From assembly GCA_021814355.1 (NCBI GenBank), contig JAKAIJ010000001.1, positions 1-49,962 on the forward strand: a stretch of 49,962 bases of DNA. Direction: 5' to 3'. Below are positions 1 to 9,380 of this stretch, one piece after another (the stretch's first letter is position 1; every line of letters begins with the position of its first letter). Under the pieces are notes generated by a model that saw only the letters and a list, made by a program, of their open reading frames with translations, searched no databases and was not told the origin of the DNA. The position numbers were made by a program, and so were the translations under genes. Source of the DNA: Acidobacteriota bacterium (lineage in GTDB: Bacteria > Acidobacteriota > UBA4820 > DSQY01).

Positions 1-209
<209 letters not shown>

Positions 210-2168
210 TTAACCGTCGGGTCGCTCCCCCTCCGCCTCCGAATCCGCGGGATTGCCCATGCGGGTCCCGGAGAGGGCCGCCTCGGGCAGGATCTCCCCC
301 AAAAGCACCCGCAGGGGGCCTTCGCCGCCGTCGCGGGCGAGCGCCGCGAGGCGGGCGAGCGCCTCCTGGACCTCCGCGCCCGGCCGGGAGGCGATCTTCC
401 CGATGAAGATCTTCGGGTGGCGGGTCTTGGCGATTTCCTCGCCCTCCGTGTCCAGCACCTCCACCAGCTTCTCGCCGGGGCGAACGCCCGTGAAGACGAT
501 CTCGATATCCTCGCCGGGCTTGAGCCCCGAGAGGTGGACCATCTCGCGGGCCAGGTCCGCGATGCGCACCGGCTCGCCCATGTCCAACACGAAGATCTCC
601 CCGCCTTCGCCCATGGCCCCAGCCTGCAGGACGAGCTGGGCGGCTTCGGGGATGGTCATGAAATAGCGCACCATGTCGGGGTGGGTCACGGTGACGGGCC
701 CACCCTTCCGGATCTGCTCGCGGAAGATGGGGATCACGGAGCCGGCCGAACCCAGGACGTTTCCGAAGCGCACCGCGAGGAATCGCGTCTTGAAGCGGGC
801 GTTCAGCCCCTGCACCACCAGCTCGGCGACGCGCTTGGAGGCGCCCATCACCGAGGTGGGGCGCACGGCCTTGTCGGTGGAGATGAAGACGAACACCTCC
901 ACGCCGTGGCGCCCGGCGGCCTCGCCGAGGGCGGAGGTGCCCAGGACGTTGTTCTTCACCGCCTCGGTGGGATTCCACTCCATCAGGGGCACGTGCTTGT
1001 GGGCCGCCGCGTGGAAGACCACCTGGGGCCGGTACCGGGCGAAGATCGAGTCCATGCGGGCTTCGTCGCCCACGTCCGCCACGAGTGGCACCAGGGGTAA
1101 CCCCGGTAGGGCGGCGCGCAGCTCGCGGTCAATGTCGAAGAGGGCGAACTCGGCCCGCTCCACCAGGAGCAGCCGCAACGGGCCCAGGCGCGCCACCTGG
1201 CGGGCCAGCTCCGACCCGATGGAGCCGCCCGCACCCGTGACCATGACCACCTTGCCCGTCAGGAACCGGCCCACCTCGGCCTTGTCCAGCTCCACCGCCT
1301 CGCGCCCCAGGAGGTCCTCGATCTCCACGTCGCGGATGCGGTTCACCGCCACGCGGCCGTCGAGGATCTCGAAGAGGCCGGGGATGATGCGGACCTTGAC
1401 GGGGACGCGGTCGCAGAGGGAGACGAGGGCGGCGATGTCCTTGCGGGAGGCCCGCGCGATGGTGATGATGACGTGGTCAATGCCGAGCTCGGGAACGAGA
1501 CGGGGAAGGTCGGCGGTGGTGCCCAGCACCCGGACGCCGGCGACGACCGCGCCGTGCTTCTTCGGGTCGTCGTCCAGAAAGCCCTTCACGTCGAGCCCCG
1601 TGGAGGCCCGGTTGACGATCTCGCGGGCCGCCAGGACGCCCGCCTGCCCCGCACCCACCAGGAGCACGGGGGTGAGCTCCCGTCCGCGCCGGCCGCTCTC
1701 CTGCTTCAGCTTCTCGTACCGCTCGTACAGCAGGCGCCGCACCACCCGGAGACCCAGAACGCCGCCGAAGGCGAAGGCGGTGTCCATGACGATAATGGAG
1801 AGCGGCACCCGCCACTCCTGGAGCCGGTCGGTGAGCGCCAGCCTCAGGGCCACGATCGGGAGGAAGGAGGCGGCCGCCGCGTAGACGAAGGCCTTGACCT
1901 CGCCCAGGCTGATGTAGCGCCAGATGAAACTGTAGACGCCGGTCAGCTGGAGGGCGGCGAACTGGACGAGGACCACCAGCGGGAGCTGGTAGAGCATGAG
2001 GCGGAGCTGCCCCCCCGTGGGCGCCAGCTCGAACCGCAGGACGTAGACGAACACGAAGGTCGCCGAGAGGGCCGCCAGGTCCAGGGCGAACTGCACCCGC
2101 TGCGTCAGAAGGCGGTTCCAGAGGTTTGATCCTCTTTCCGGGGCCGCCGGTCCGGGATGGCCCGTCAT
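210..2168 (-). CDS. Membrane-anchored polysaccharide biosynthesis protein of the CapD/WbpM/PglF type (nucleotide-sugar 4,6-dehydratase).
   Basis: N-terminal hydrophobic helices are followed by two Rossmann-like regions (LLVGAGQAG and VMVTGAGGSIGSEL) and the CapD-type core (FVFISTDKAVRPTSVMGASKR). The start was placed at ATG 2168, which forms an ATGA overlap with the upstream stop. The longer ORF to 2378 would overlap the E1-beta gene. Confidence 0.85.
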   Translation of the reverse strand: MTGHPGPAAPERGSNLWNRLLTQRVQFALDLAALSATFVFVYVLRFELAPTGGQLRLMLYQLPLVVLVQFAALQLTGVYSFIWRYISLGEVKAFVYAAAASFLPIVALRLALTDRLQEWRVPLSIIVMDTAFAFGGVLGLRVVRRLLYERYEKLKQESGRRGRELTPVLLVGAGQAGVLAAREIVNRASTGLDVKGFLDDDPKKHGAVVAGVRVLGTTADLPRLVPELGIDHVIITIARASRKDIAALVSLCDRVPVKVRIIPGLFEILDGRVAVNRIRDVEIEDLLGREAVELDKAEVGRFLTGKVVMVTGAGGSIGSELARQVARLGPLRLLLVERAEFALFDIDRELRAALPGLPLVPLVADVGDEARMDSIFARYRPQVVFHAAAHKHVPLMEWNPTEAVKNNVLGTSALGEAAGRHGVEVFVFISTDKAVRPTSVMGASKRVAELVVQGLNARFKTRFLAVRFGNVLGSAGSVIPIFREQIRKGGPVTVTHPDMVRYFMTIPEAAQLVLQAGAMGEGGEIFVLDMGEPVRIADLAREMVHLSGLKPGEDIEIVFTGVRPGEKLVEVLDTEGEEIAKTRHPKIFIGKIASRPGAEVQEALARLAALARDGGEGPLRVLLGEILPEAALSGTRMGNPADSEAEGERPDG

Positions 2169-3163
2169 CCGCGCCCCCGGGCCACGACCTCCCGCGCCGC
2201 GGCGACCACCTGCGCCGCGCCGGGGTAGTAGGCGGCCTCCAGGCTGCGGCTCGCGGGGGCGGGGAGATCGGGCAGGGCCACGCGGACCGGCGCGGCCTTG
2301 AGGCCGGCCCAGCAGGCTTCGGTGATCTGCGCGGCGATCTCCCCGCCGATGCCCCCCGTCCTCCAGCCAACGTCGCAAACCACGGCGCGCCCGGTCTTCG
2401 AGACGGATTTCACGACGGTCGCAGCGTCCAGCGGCTTGAGGGTGCGCAGGTCAATTACCTCCGCGGAGATCCCCTCCTTCGCGAGGACCGCCGCGGCCTC
2501 CAGGGCCTTGGGCGCCAGGTAGGAGAATGCGACGAGGGTCACGTCGGTCCCCTCGCGGCGGATGGCCGCCTTCCCGATGGGCGTCCCGTAGACCTCCGTG
2601 GGGACCTCCTCCTCGCCACCGTAGAGCCATCGCTCGTCCACGAAGACCACCGGGTCGTCGTCCCGGATGGCGGCGACCATCAATCCCTTGGCGTCGCGGG
2701 GGGTCGAGGGAGCCACCACCTTGAGGCCCGGGACGTGGGCGAAGACGGAGTGCAGCGCCTGGGAGTGCTGGGCGGCCTGCTCCCCCGCCCGGTTGATGAT
2801 CCCCCAGAACACCACCGGCACGTGGGCTGCGCCCCCGCTCATGTACCGCCAGTTGGCCGCCTCGTTGATGATGGGGTCGAAGGCGTAGAGCATGAAGTCC
2901 ATCCGGGGGTGGACCACGACGGGGCGCAGGCCCGCGAGGGCCGCCCCGACGGCCGCGCCGGTGACGGCGTTCTCCGAGACGGGGGTGTCGTAGACCCGGC
3001 GCTCGCCGAAACGGGCCACGAGGCCGTTGCAGGTGTTGCCCACGTACCACGGGCTCTTGACGCCCTGCCCAATGAGGACCACGGAGGGGTCCTCCTCCAT
3101 CACCTGGTGGAACGCCTCGTTGATGGCGAGGCCGAAGCCGAGCCTACGGCCGGGAGAAGACAT
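2165..3163 (-). CDS. ThDP-dependent 2-oxoacid dehydrogenase E1 component, beta-subunit-like (transketolase pyrimidine-binding and C-terminal domains).
   Basis: 332 aa. AINEAFHQVMEEDPSVVLIGQGV, RVYDTPVSENAVTGAAVGAALAG, HSQALHSVFAHVPGLKVVAPSTPRDAKGL and VIDLRTLKPLD are characteristic of AcoB/PdhB-type E1 beta. ATG at 3163. Confidence 0.85.
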   Translation of the reverse strand: MSSPGRRLGFGLAINEAFHQVMEEDPSVVLIGQGVKSPWYVGNTCNGLVARFGERRVYDTPVSENAVTGAAVGAALAGLRPVVVHPRMDFMLYAFDPIINEAANWRYMSGGAAHVPVVFWGIINRAGEQAAQHSQALHSVFAHVPGLKVVAPSTPRDAKGLMVAAIRDDDPVVFVDERWLYGGEEEVPTEVYGTPIGKAAIRREGTDVTLVAFSYLAPKALEAAAVLAKEGISAEVIDLRTLKPLDAATVVKSVSKTGRAVVCDVGWRTGGIGGEIAAQITEACWAGLKAAPVRVALPDLPAPASRSLEAAYYPGAAQVVAAAREVVARGRG

Positions 3164-4136
3164 GGTCAGCGAGCTCCTTCGTGGCGGGGAAATCCGCCGC
3201 GCGGGCGGCGGACGCGGCGGCTTCCACCTCCGCGGCGATCCTCTCGTCGAGCGAGGCGAGCTCCGCCTCGCCGGCCGCCCCGTCCCTCAGGAGGAGGGCC
3301 CGGAGCCGGCCGATGGGGTCCCGTTTGCGCCACCTTTCGATCTCCTCGGGAGAGCGTATGTCCGTGTGGGCCCCCTGGATGTTGTCGTCGGGCCCCACGT
3401 GGCCCCTCCACCGGTAGGTGAGGGCCTCGAGGAAGACGGGGCCCTGTCCGGCCCGGCACCGCGAGACGGCGCTCGACGCAGCCTCGTACACGGCGAGGGC
3501 GTCGTTCCCGTCCACGCGGCGGGCGGCGATCCCGAAGGGCTCCGCGATCTTGTAGACCTCCTCGGAGGGCCGGCACTCGAGGATGGGGAGGTGGGTGGAG
3601 TAGAGGTTGTTCTCGCAGACGAAGATGGCGGGGAGCTTGAGGACGGCGGCCAGGTTGAGGGACTCGTAGAGGACCCCTTCCCCCGTGGCCCCGTCCCCGA
3701 AGAAGGAGACGCTGACCCGGCCGTCGCCGCGGACCGAGGCGGCGTAGGCGGCCCCGACGGCGAGAGAGATGGTCCCGGCCACGATGGGGGCGGCCCCCAT
3801 CATCCCCGCGGAGGGGGCGATCACGTGCATGGAACCGCCCCGCCCGCGGGCGCAGCCCGTGGCCTTGCAGTAGATCTCCGCCACCATCTTGGCCAGGTCG
3901 CCGCCCTTGGCCAGGTAGTGGCCGTGGGAGCGGTGCGACCCGAACACGTAGTCCCCGTCCTCCAGGGCCGCGCACACGCCGGCCGCCACCGCCTCCTGCC
4001 CCGTGTAGAGGTGGACGGGGCACTTGACCTCCCCGCTCAGGATCGGCTCCACGAACCGCTCCTCGACGAGCCGGATCCTCAGCATGGTTCGGTACAAATT
4101 CAGAAGAAGCGTCGTCCGGTCTGTGCCTTCCATCAT
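3144..4136 (-). CDS. ThDP-dependent 2-oxoacid dehydrogenase E1 component, alpha-subunit-like.
   Basis: The start was set at ATGATG 4136..4131, preceded by GGGAGGG. The ThDP-binding motif is GDGATGEGVLYESLNLAAVLKLPAIFVCENN, and HRSHGHYLAKG and RGRGGSMH are typical of E1 alpha. The gene ends at TAG 3146..3144 and overlaps the E1-beta start by 20 nt. Confidence 0.85.
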   Translation of the reverse strand: MMEGTDRTTLLLNLYRTMLRIRLVEERFVEPILSGEVKCPVHLYTGQEAVAAGVCAALEDGDYVFGSHRSHGHYLAKGGDLAKMVAEIYCKATGCARGRGGSMHVIAPSAGMMGAAPIVAGTISLAVGAAYAASVRGDGRVSVSFFGDGATGEGVLYESLNLAAVLKLPAIFVCENNLYSTHLPILECRPSEEVYKIAEPFGIAARRVDGNDALAVYEAASSAVSRCRAGQGPVFLEALTYRWRGHVGPDDNIQGAHTDIRSPEEIERWRKRDPIGRLRALLLRDGAAGEAELASLDERIAAEVEAAASAARAADFPATKELADHVFSRP

Positions 4137-4233
4137 CCCTCCCGCACCCCGACGGTTTGTCGTCTCCGTCCGGGCGCCTTCGCCGTTGGTTCCGCCGGGG
4201 GCCGGCCGCCGCGGAAGCGGTCCGGTCGTCCGT

Positions 4234-5190
4234 TCACTGGCATGGGGGATCCAGGTCCGCGGCGATCCGCTCTCGGATTTGTCCACAATCCATCCGCGCG
4301 GCGGCGACGGCCTGTTCCATCTGCCGGCAGTTCTTGACCCCCACCGTGACGCAGCGCACGAGGTCACTGCCGAGGACCCAGCCGATGGCCGCCTGGGCGA
4401 CGGTGCAATCGAATGCCTCCGCGGTCCCCCGCTACCGTTCCACCACGTGCAGCGACCGCCGATACTCCTCGCCCCGGAACGCCGGAAGTCGTTCCCGTCG
4501 GTCGCTCTTCTCGAAGCTCGAGGCCACCCCGTACTTCCCGGAGAGGATGCCGAAACCCAGGACCCCGTAGGCCATCGCGCCGACGCCGAGGGCCGCGCAC
4601 CGGGGGAGCGCCTCCGCCTCCGCGCCCCGGTTCAGGAGGCTGTATTCCATCTGCGCCAGCGCGACGGGGCCCAGCGCACTCGCCGCCGCGATCTGCCCGG
4701 CGCTGAAATTCGACACCCCGAAATATCGGATTTTCCCCTCTCGCTTGAACTCGTTCAGCGTCTCGATCGTCTCCTCGAGCGGGGTTTCCGGGTCGGGCTT
4801 ATGGACGAGGTAGACCGGGATCGCGTCGAGCCGGAGCCGCCGCAGGCTGGCCTCTAGGGCCCTTCTCATGTGCGCCTCCGAGTTGTCAATGCGGGTTTCC
4901 GCCCTCCCGCCGGAGGCGCTCTCCTTCCAGGCCACGCCGAACTTCGTGATGATGACCGCCTCTCGCCTGCGGGGGCCGAGCGCGTCCGCGAGCCTCTCCT
5001 CGCTCCGGCCGAGGCCGTAGACATCCGCCGTGTCAAACGCGTTGACGCCGAGATCGAGCGCCCTCCCGACCGCCCTCGCGACCTCGCCCTCCTGGATCGT
5101 CCCCCAATCGGTGCCCCCCAGCTGCTCGCACCCCATCACGATCCTGGAGGCGGATAGCTCGCCGCTCCCGATTTTCACATACTCCATCAT
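4234..5190 (-). pseudogene. Aldo-keto reductase interrupted by an in-frame TAG (4434..4432).
   Basis: The N-terminal 252 codons (MMEYVKIG...DTADVYGLGRSEERLADAL...YLVHKPDPETP...GKIRYFGVSNF) are AKR-like. After the TAG the same frame continues RGTAEAFDCTVAQAAIGWVLGSDLVRCVTVGVKNCRQMEQAVAAA, the normal AKR C-terminus, and ends at TGA 4236..4234. The start ATG 5190 forms an ATGA overlap with the upstream stop. Confidence 0.75.
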
Positions 5191-5849
5191 CCACCGCCCG
5201 GGCCGGCCGGGCCGCCGCCGTCCGTGGACCCGCGGCCCTCTCCGCGCCGAACAATCCGCCAGAGCGTCCGCGCGATCAGCTTCAAGTCGAGCCACAGGCT
5301 CCGATCCTTCACGTACTGCACGCGGAGCCGATTCTTGGTCGGAAGGACCATCCGCTCGAACGCCTCATCGGGGTCGCCTTCGCCGAGCACGTCGCCGAGC
5401 TGGATGAAGCGGATGGACGAATAGTCGGTGATCCCCGGCATGACGCTCAGGATCAGCTTCTCCTCGCCCTCATACTGGTCCGTGTAGCGGGGGACCTCGG
5501 GACGCGGGCCCACGAGGCTCATCTCTCCCCGGACGACGTTGATGAGCTCGGGGAGCTCGTCCACCTTGTGCCGGCGGATCCAGCGCCCGACCCGGGTGAC
5601 GCGGGGGTCGTTCTTCGCGGTGGAGGACGCCGTGGCCTCAGCGCCCACCGCCATCGAGCGGAACTTCCAAACCCGGAAGGGCCGCCCGTAACGGCCCGTG
5701 CGGAGCCCGCGGTAGAACACGGGCCCCGGGGAGTCGAGCTTGATGCAGACCGCCACGACGCCGAAGAGGGGGGCCAAGAAGGCGAGCCCGGCCGCCGCGA
5801 GCACGACGTCGAGGAGCCGCTTGACGGCTTCATAGGCGCGTTCGCGCAT
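5187..5849 (-). CDS. Small phosphoglycosyl transferase (bacterial sugar transferase family, PglC/WbaP C-terminal type); initiating enzyme.
   Basis: 220 aa starting at ATG 5849. There is one N-terminal hydrophobic re-entrant helix (KRLLDVVLAAAGLAFLAPLFGVVAVCIKL), followed by PVFYRGLRTGRYGRPFRVWKFRSM, DELPELINVVRGEMSLVGPRP and PGITDYSS. Confidence 0.85.
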   Translation of the reverse strand: MRERAYEAVKRLLDVVLAAAGLAFLAPLFGVVAVCIKLDSPGPVFYRGLRTGRYGRPFRVWKFRSMAVGAEATASSTAKNDPRVTRVGRWIRRHKVDELPELINVVRGEMSLVGPRPEVPRYTDQYEGEEKLILSVMPGITDYSSIRFIQLGDVLGEGDPDEAFERMVLPTKNRLRVQYVKDRSLWLDLKLIARTLWRIVRRGEGRGSTDGGGPAGPGGG

Positions 5850-5893
5850 CGCGGCGGTTCTCCCGCGCCGGGTCGCGGCGCCCTCCGCGCCCT

Positions 5894-7204
5894 TCAGCAC
5901 GGGGCTCCGTGGACAAAGGGCGCGCCTTCCTTCCCTGCCCGCGCAAAGGATTCCGCGAGCCGCTCGAGGTGGGCGGCCATATCGCCGTAGACGACCTCCG
6001 CGGCATACCGCTCGTCGAAAATCCCTCTCGCCCGGGCCGCCATCCGCCGCACGGCGTCCGGGTCCCGGCTCAGGCCGACGAGGAGGCGGGCGAGGCCGGC
6101 CCCGCTGCCGGCCTCCCAACTCGTCCCGCAGCCCTCCCCGACGAGCAGCTCGTGGAGGACGCCGCGTGTCGGACAGGAGACCACGGGCAGGCCCGCGCTG
6201 AGATACTCGATGGCCTTGTTGTTGATGCTGGCGAGAAAATCGAAGCGGTCGGGCAGGGGATCCAGTCCCACCGAGCTTCGCCGCAGCAGGACGAAGATCT
6301 GGGCGGCGTGGATGCGGCCGGGGAAGAGGACGCTCCTCAAATTCCGGGCCATCTCGCGATAACGGGCGAGGTGCTCGCCGTCGCCGCACAGCACAAAATG
6401 GACGCGCGGCTGTCCCTCCCCCTCCAGCCGGGCCGCCGCGCCGATGACCGGCTCCAGGTCGAGCGTCCTGCCCATCGTGCCGATGAAACACGCTCGGAAC
6501 GCGCCGTCGTCCCGCACGCCGAGGCCGTCCCAAAAGCGCGCAGCCTCCTCGAGGGAGACGGCCTCGGGCGCCTTTGCCCGGTAGCCGAACGGGAACCAGC
6601 GGTCCCATTCCGTGCCCTCCCGTTCGCCCCGCTTCAATCCCCACTCGAGCAGCGCGCGCGTGACACCACTGATCGCGGTCGCGCCCGCGCACGCCTGCTC
6701 CGACTTTTTCCAGGCAGGCCGGAGCAGGAGGGCCGCGAGGGGACGCCCCCAGCGCGGGAACAGCTCGACAAAGATGTCGGGATGCAGGTCCCGGATGTCC
6801 AGCACGACCGGGACGCCGGCCTCCCTGCCGTAGCGCACGGCCTCGAAGCCGAACTCGATCGTCGGATAGGCGCACAGGATGACGTCGGGGCGCTCCTCCC
6901 CGCGGGCGCGCGAGGCGAACTTCGCGGCGATCAGCCTGTGCTCGCGCATCCGGCGCAGGGAGACGTTGCGCCGGTACCCGCACCCGTGGAGCATCCGGAT
7001 CGTTACCCGGTCGCCCCAGCGGAAGTCGGCATCCTCGCCGTGGAAATGCGTCCGGCTGTAGTGGTCAAAGGTCGAGGTCCACCAGGTGACGCGGTGGCCC
7101 CGCGCCGCGAGGGCCTCCGCGAGAAGCCCCGTGCGGTGCAGGCGGTCCTGTTTGCGGGCCGCCAGCGGTAGAGGCTCGCCGGTCTTGATAAGCCAGACGT
7201 TCAT
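5894..7204 (-). CDS. Glycosyltransferase, GT-B fold (GT4-like).
   Basis: 436 aa with ATG at 7204. The N-terminal half is typical of WbuB/WcaI-like GT4 enzymes (KTGEPLP...RGHRVTWWTS). The C-terminal half has the sugar-donor region (NNKAIEYLSAGLPVV). Confidence 0.65.
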   Translation of the reverse strand: MNVWLIKTGEPLPLAARKQDRLHRTGLLAEALAARGHRVTWWTSTFDHYSRTHFHGEDADFRWGDRVTIRMLHGCGYRRNVSLRRMREHRLIAAKFASRARGEERPDVILCAYPTIEFGFEAVRYGREAGVPVVLDIRDLHPDIFVELFPRWGRPLAALLLRPAWKKSEQACAGATAISGVTRALLEWGLKRGEREGTEWDRWFPFGYRAKAPEAVSLEEAARFWDGLGVRDDGAFRACFIGTMGRTLDLEPVIGAAARLEGEGQPRVHFVLCGDGEHLARYREMARNLRSVLFPGRIHAAQIFVLLRRSSVGLDPLPDRFDFLASINNKAIEYLSAGLPVVSCPTRGVLHELLVGEGCGTSWEAGSGAGLARLLVGLSRDPDAVRRMAARARGIFDERYAAEVVYGDMAAHLERLAESFARAGKEGAPFVHGAPC

Positions 7205-7241
7205 GCGCGCACCCTGAGCCGCCGCCCTTTTCCGCGGGCGC

Positions 7242-8378
7242 TCACGCCTGGGTCGCGATCCTGCGGAAGGCGTTCTTGAAGAACCGCATCTCGTGGAAAA
7301 GGAAGTTGTGGCTGGGGTAGACGGTGTGCGGCTTGGGGGGCTCCGCCAAGAGGGCCGCGAACTCCTCCCGGCTCAGGCCGAACTTCTTCAGGACGAACTG
7401 CATGTCCTGCTTGAGAAGCAGCCCGTCGTAAACGGGCTTCTCCATCTCGGCCAGCGCCCGTTCGCGGGTCATGAGGTTCGAGCAGATCATCGTGGAGTAG
7501 TGGGGCCTCCGCTTGTCGTACCCGAACTTGACGGGCAGGTAGTAGCCCTGGAAGAAGCGCGTCCAGACGGACTCATAGTGCTTTCCCCCGTAATCCCGCC
7601 AGCCCAGTTCTTTTTCCAGGATCCGCTTGGCCTCCTCCTTGTCGTAGTGGACGTAATTGAGGAAAGGGATCTGCCGCATCCGCCGGACGAAGACATAGTA
7701 GAGGTAGTGGGAGAGGGAAATGGTGGGCATGGTCTGGAGAGGCTTCGTGCCGAACCTCCGGTGGACGGCCTTCAGGTGCCGGAGGTCCTGGTTGTAGTAG
7801 GCCCAGGAGATGGGCATGATCGCCTCCGTGGCGAGGTTGCTCCCGCTCAAGATGAAGCGCACCTTCAGCCGGGCGGCCATCCGGAACAACAGGGCCGTGA
7901 TCCCGTGGTCGGTGGGGATCTCGCAGTTCGCCACCGAGGCCCTCAGAAAGGATATCTGGAGGTCCCGGAACTCCTCCCAGTCCACCACGTGCGTGTAGAG
8001 CTCGATCCCGAGGTGATCGAGCGCGCGCTTGATGTTGTCCACCGCCAGCTCGGAATTCCACCCGTTGTCGAAGTGCACGGCGAGCGGACGGAGCCCGAGT
8101 TTCTTCACGAGGTAGGCGGTCATGGTGCTGTCCACCCCGCCGCTCACCCCGATGACGCAGTCGTACTCCTTGCCACGCCCCTCGTGCTGAATCTGCGACG
8201 CCAATTTTTGGAGGGCGAGGTCCCGCGCCTCGGGCGGGAGGAGCTGCGCTTTCATCCTCGCGAGGGCGGACGTGCAGTGGTTGCAGACGCCGCCGGCGCC
8301 GAAGCTGATCTCCGGCTCGCTGGTGTCCATGATGCAGCGCGTGCAGACCTGGTAGGGCCTCGCCACGTTTTTCCTCAC
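7242..8378 (-). CDS. N-acetyl sugar amidotransferase (PP-loop ATP pyrophosphatase; WbpG/LfnA/PseA/WbuX family), copy 1.
   Basis: There is an N-terminal zinc ribbon (CTRCIMDT...GVCNHC) and a PP-loop (VIGVSGGVDSTMTAY). It lies downstream of a HisH/HisF-like pair, as in known acetamidino loci. The start is GTG 8378; the Cys ribbon rules out the later ATG. Confidence 0.8.
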   Translation of the reverse strand: MRKNVARPYQVCTRCIMDTSEPEISFGAGGVCNHCTSALARMKAQLLPPEARDLALQKLASQIQHEGRGKEYDCVIGVSGGVDSTMTAYLVKKLGLRPLAVHFDNGWNSELAVDNIKRALDHLGIELYTHVVDWEEFRDLQISFLRASVANCEIPTDHGITALLFRMAARLKVRFILSGSNLATEAIMPISWAYYNQDLRHLKAVHRRFGTKPLQTMPTISLSHYLYYVFVRRMRQIPFLNYVHYDKEEAKRILEKELGWRDYGGKHYESVWTRFFQGYYLPVKFGYDKRRPHYSTMICSNLMTRERALAEMEKPVYDGLLLKQDMQFVLKKFGLSREEFAALLAEPPKPHTVYPSHNFLFHEMRFFKNAFRRIATQA

Positions 8379-8525
8379 TTTTCCGCCGCGCCGCCGGCTT
8401 TCATCCTCGACGGAGGGGCCTTATCATCCGCTGCGCGTACCTCCGGCGGACAACGCCGCGTCCGGAGTCCGCCGGCGTCGAAGGTCCGCTCGGCTCCGCG
8501 GCCCCGTTCACGAAAAAGCGCACGC

Positions 8526-9380
8526 TCACCGGTCATCCAGGCGCTTCCTCATCAAGAAGGTGAACTGCCACGCGAGGTTGCGGATCACCGGGATTCGCAG
8601 CAGGATCCTGTCCATGCCGGCCAAAAAGTCCTTCAGGGGCCCGAACACCGAAAGGCGCCGGAAGGGCACTGCGAGGAGCGCGAGCAGGTGCCAGTACCGG
8701 ACCTCTCGAATCTCGAAGAAGGCGGAGGCGAACCGAAGCTCCTTGTGGGAGATGATGTGCTCCACCTCAAAGGCAGTGCGCAGCTGCGGCGTGAGCCTCC
8801 GGTAGAGCTTGATCGCCGGGTTGTAATTGAGCGCCTCGTTCACGACGGCCACCGCACCGGGCTTCATGACGCGCCGCAGCTCGGGCAGGGCGTAGCTCAG
8901 GTCGAGGTGGTGGAGCATTCCGGCGCAGATTACCACGTCCACGCAGTTGTCCGGAAGCCCCGTCTTCTCGCAGTCGCCCACCAAGAAATACGAATTCCCC
9001 TCCACGCCCGCCTTCCGGGCGGCCGCCCTCGCGTTCGCGATGGACCCCCGGCTGATGTCGAGGCCGATGCTCAGCAGGGCGTGGGCCTGCGCGGCTTGGA
9101 CGGCGCACTCGCCGTTTCCGCAGGCGTAGTCGAGCACGACCTTCCCCGGCGAGTTTTGCGCGATCCAACCCATAAGATACCGCTCCGAGCTGCCCGCCAC
9201 CGAGTAGAACTTGCTGTTTTCCGCCGAGCCCTGGTGGTCGTGGGAGTTATCGTGAAACTTCGCCTCCTCGATCTTCCTCGCGGCTTGAGACTTGAGCCAC
9301 GCTTCGTCCGAGAACCGGTCGAGCTCCCGCAGCACCGAAATCAGCCGTTCTTTCTCGTCCACCTGCGAGCGTTCCGTCAT
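8526..9380 (-). CDS. Class I SAM-dependent methyltransferase.
   Basis: Start at ATG 9380, preceded by GGAGGA. SAM-binding motif I is VLDYACGNGECA, followed by the acidic loop GLDIS and DVVICAGMLHHL. Confidence 0.75.
   Translation of the reverse strand: MTERSQVDEKERLISVLRELDRFSDEAWLKSQAARKIEEAKFHDNSHDHQGSAENSKFYSVAGSSERYLMGWIAQNSPGKVVLDYACGNGECAVQAAQAHALLSIGLDISRGSIANARAAARKAGVEGNSYFLVGDCEKTGLPDNCVDVVICAGMLHHLDLSYALPELRRVMKPGAVAVVNEALNYNPAIKLYRRLTPQLRTAFEVEHIISHKELRFASAFFEIREVRYWHLLALLAVPFRRLSVFGPLKDFLAGMDRILLRIPVIRNLAWQFTFLMRKRLDDR

Noticed and set aside
4234-4434. The AKR disruption read as a frameshift, or the TAG read as a recoded (pyrrolysine-type) codon.
   Set aside because: Re-reading the codons shows that the C-terminal homology is in the same frame as the N-terminal part, so this is a nonsense codon and not a frameshift. 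TAG also terminates the E1-alpha and wzx genes in this window, and no pyl-type genes are visible, so reassignment is unsupported.
8379-8525. Possible terminators or structured RNAs in the gaps 8379..8525 and 9381..9541.
   Set aside because: Only short or long-looped GC stems are present (for example CCGGCGGA...TCCGCCGG with a 17-nt loop), and none is followed by a convincing U-tract. GC-rich sequence forms such stems by chance, so there is not enough evidence to annotate them.
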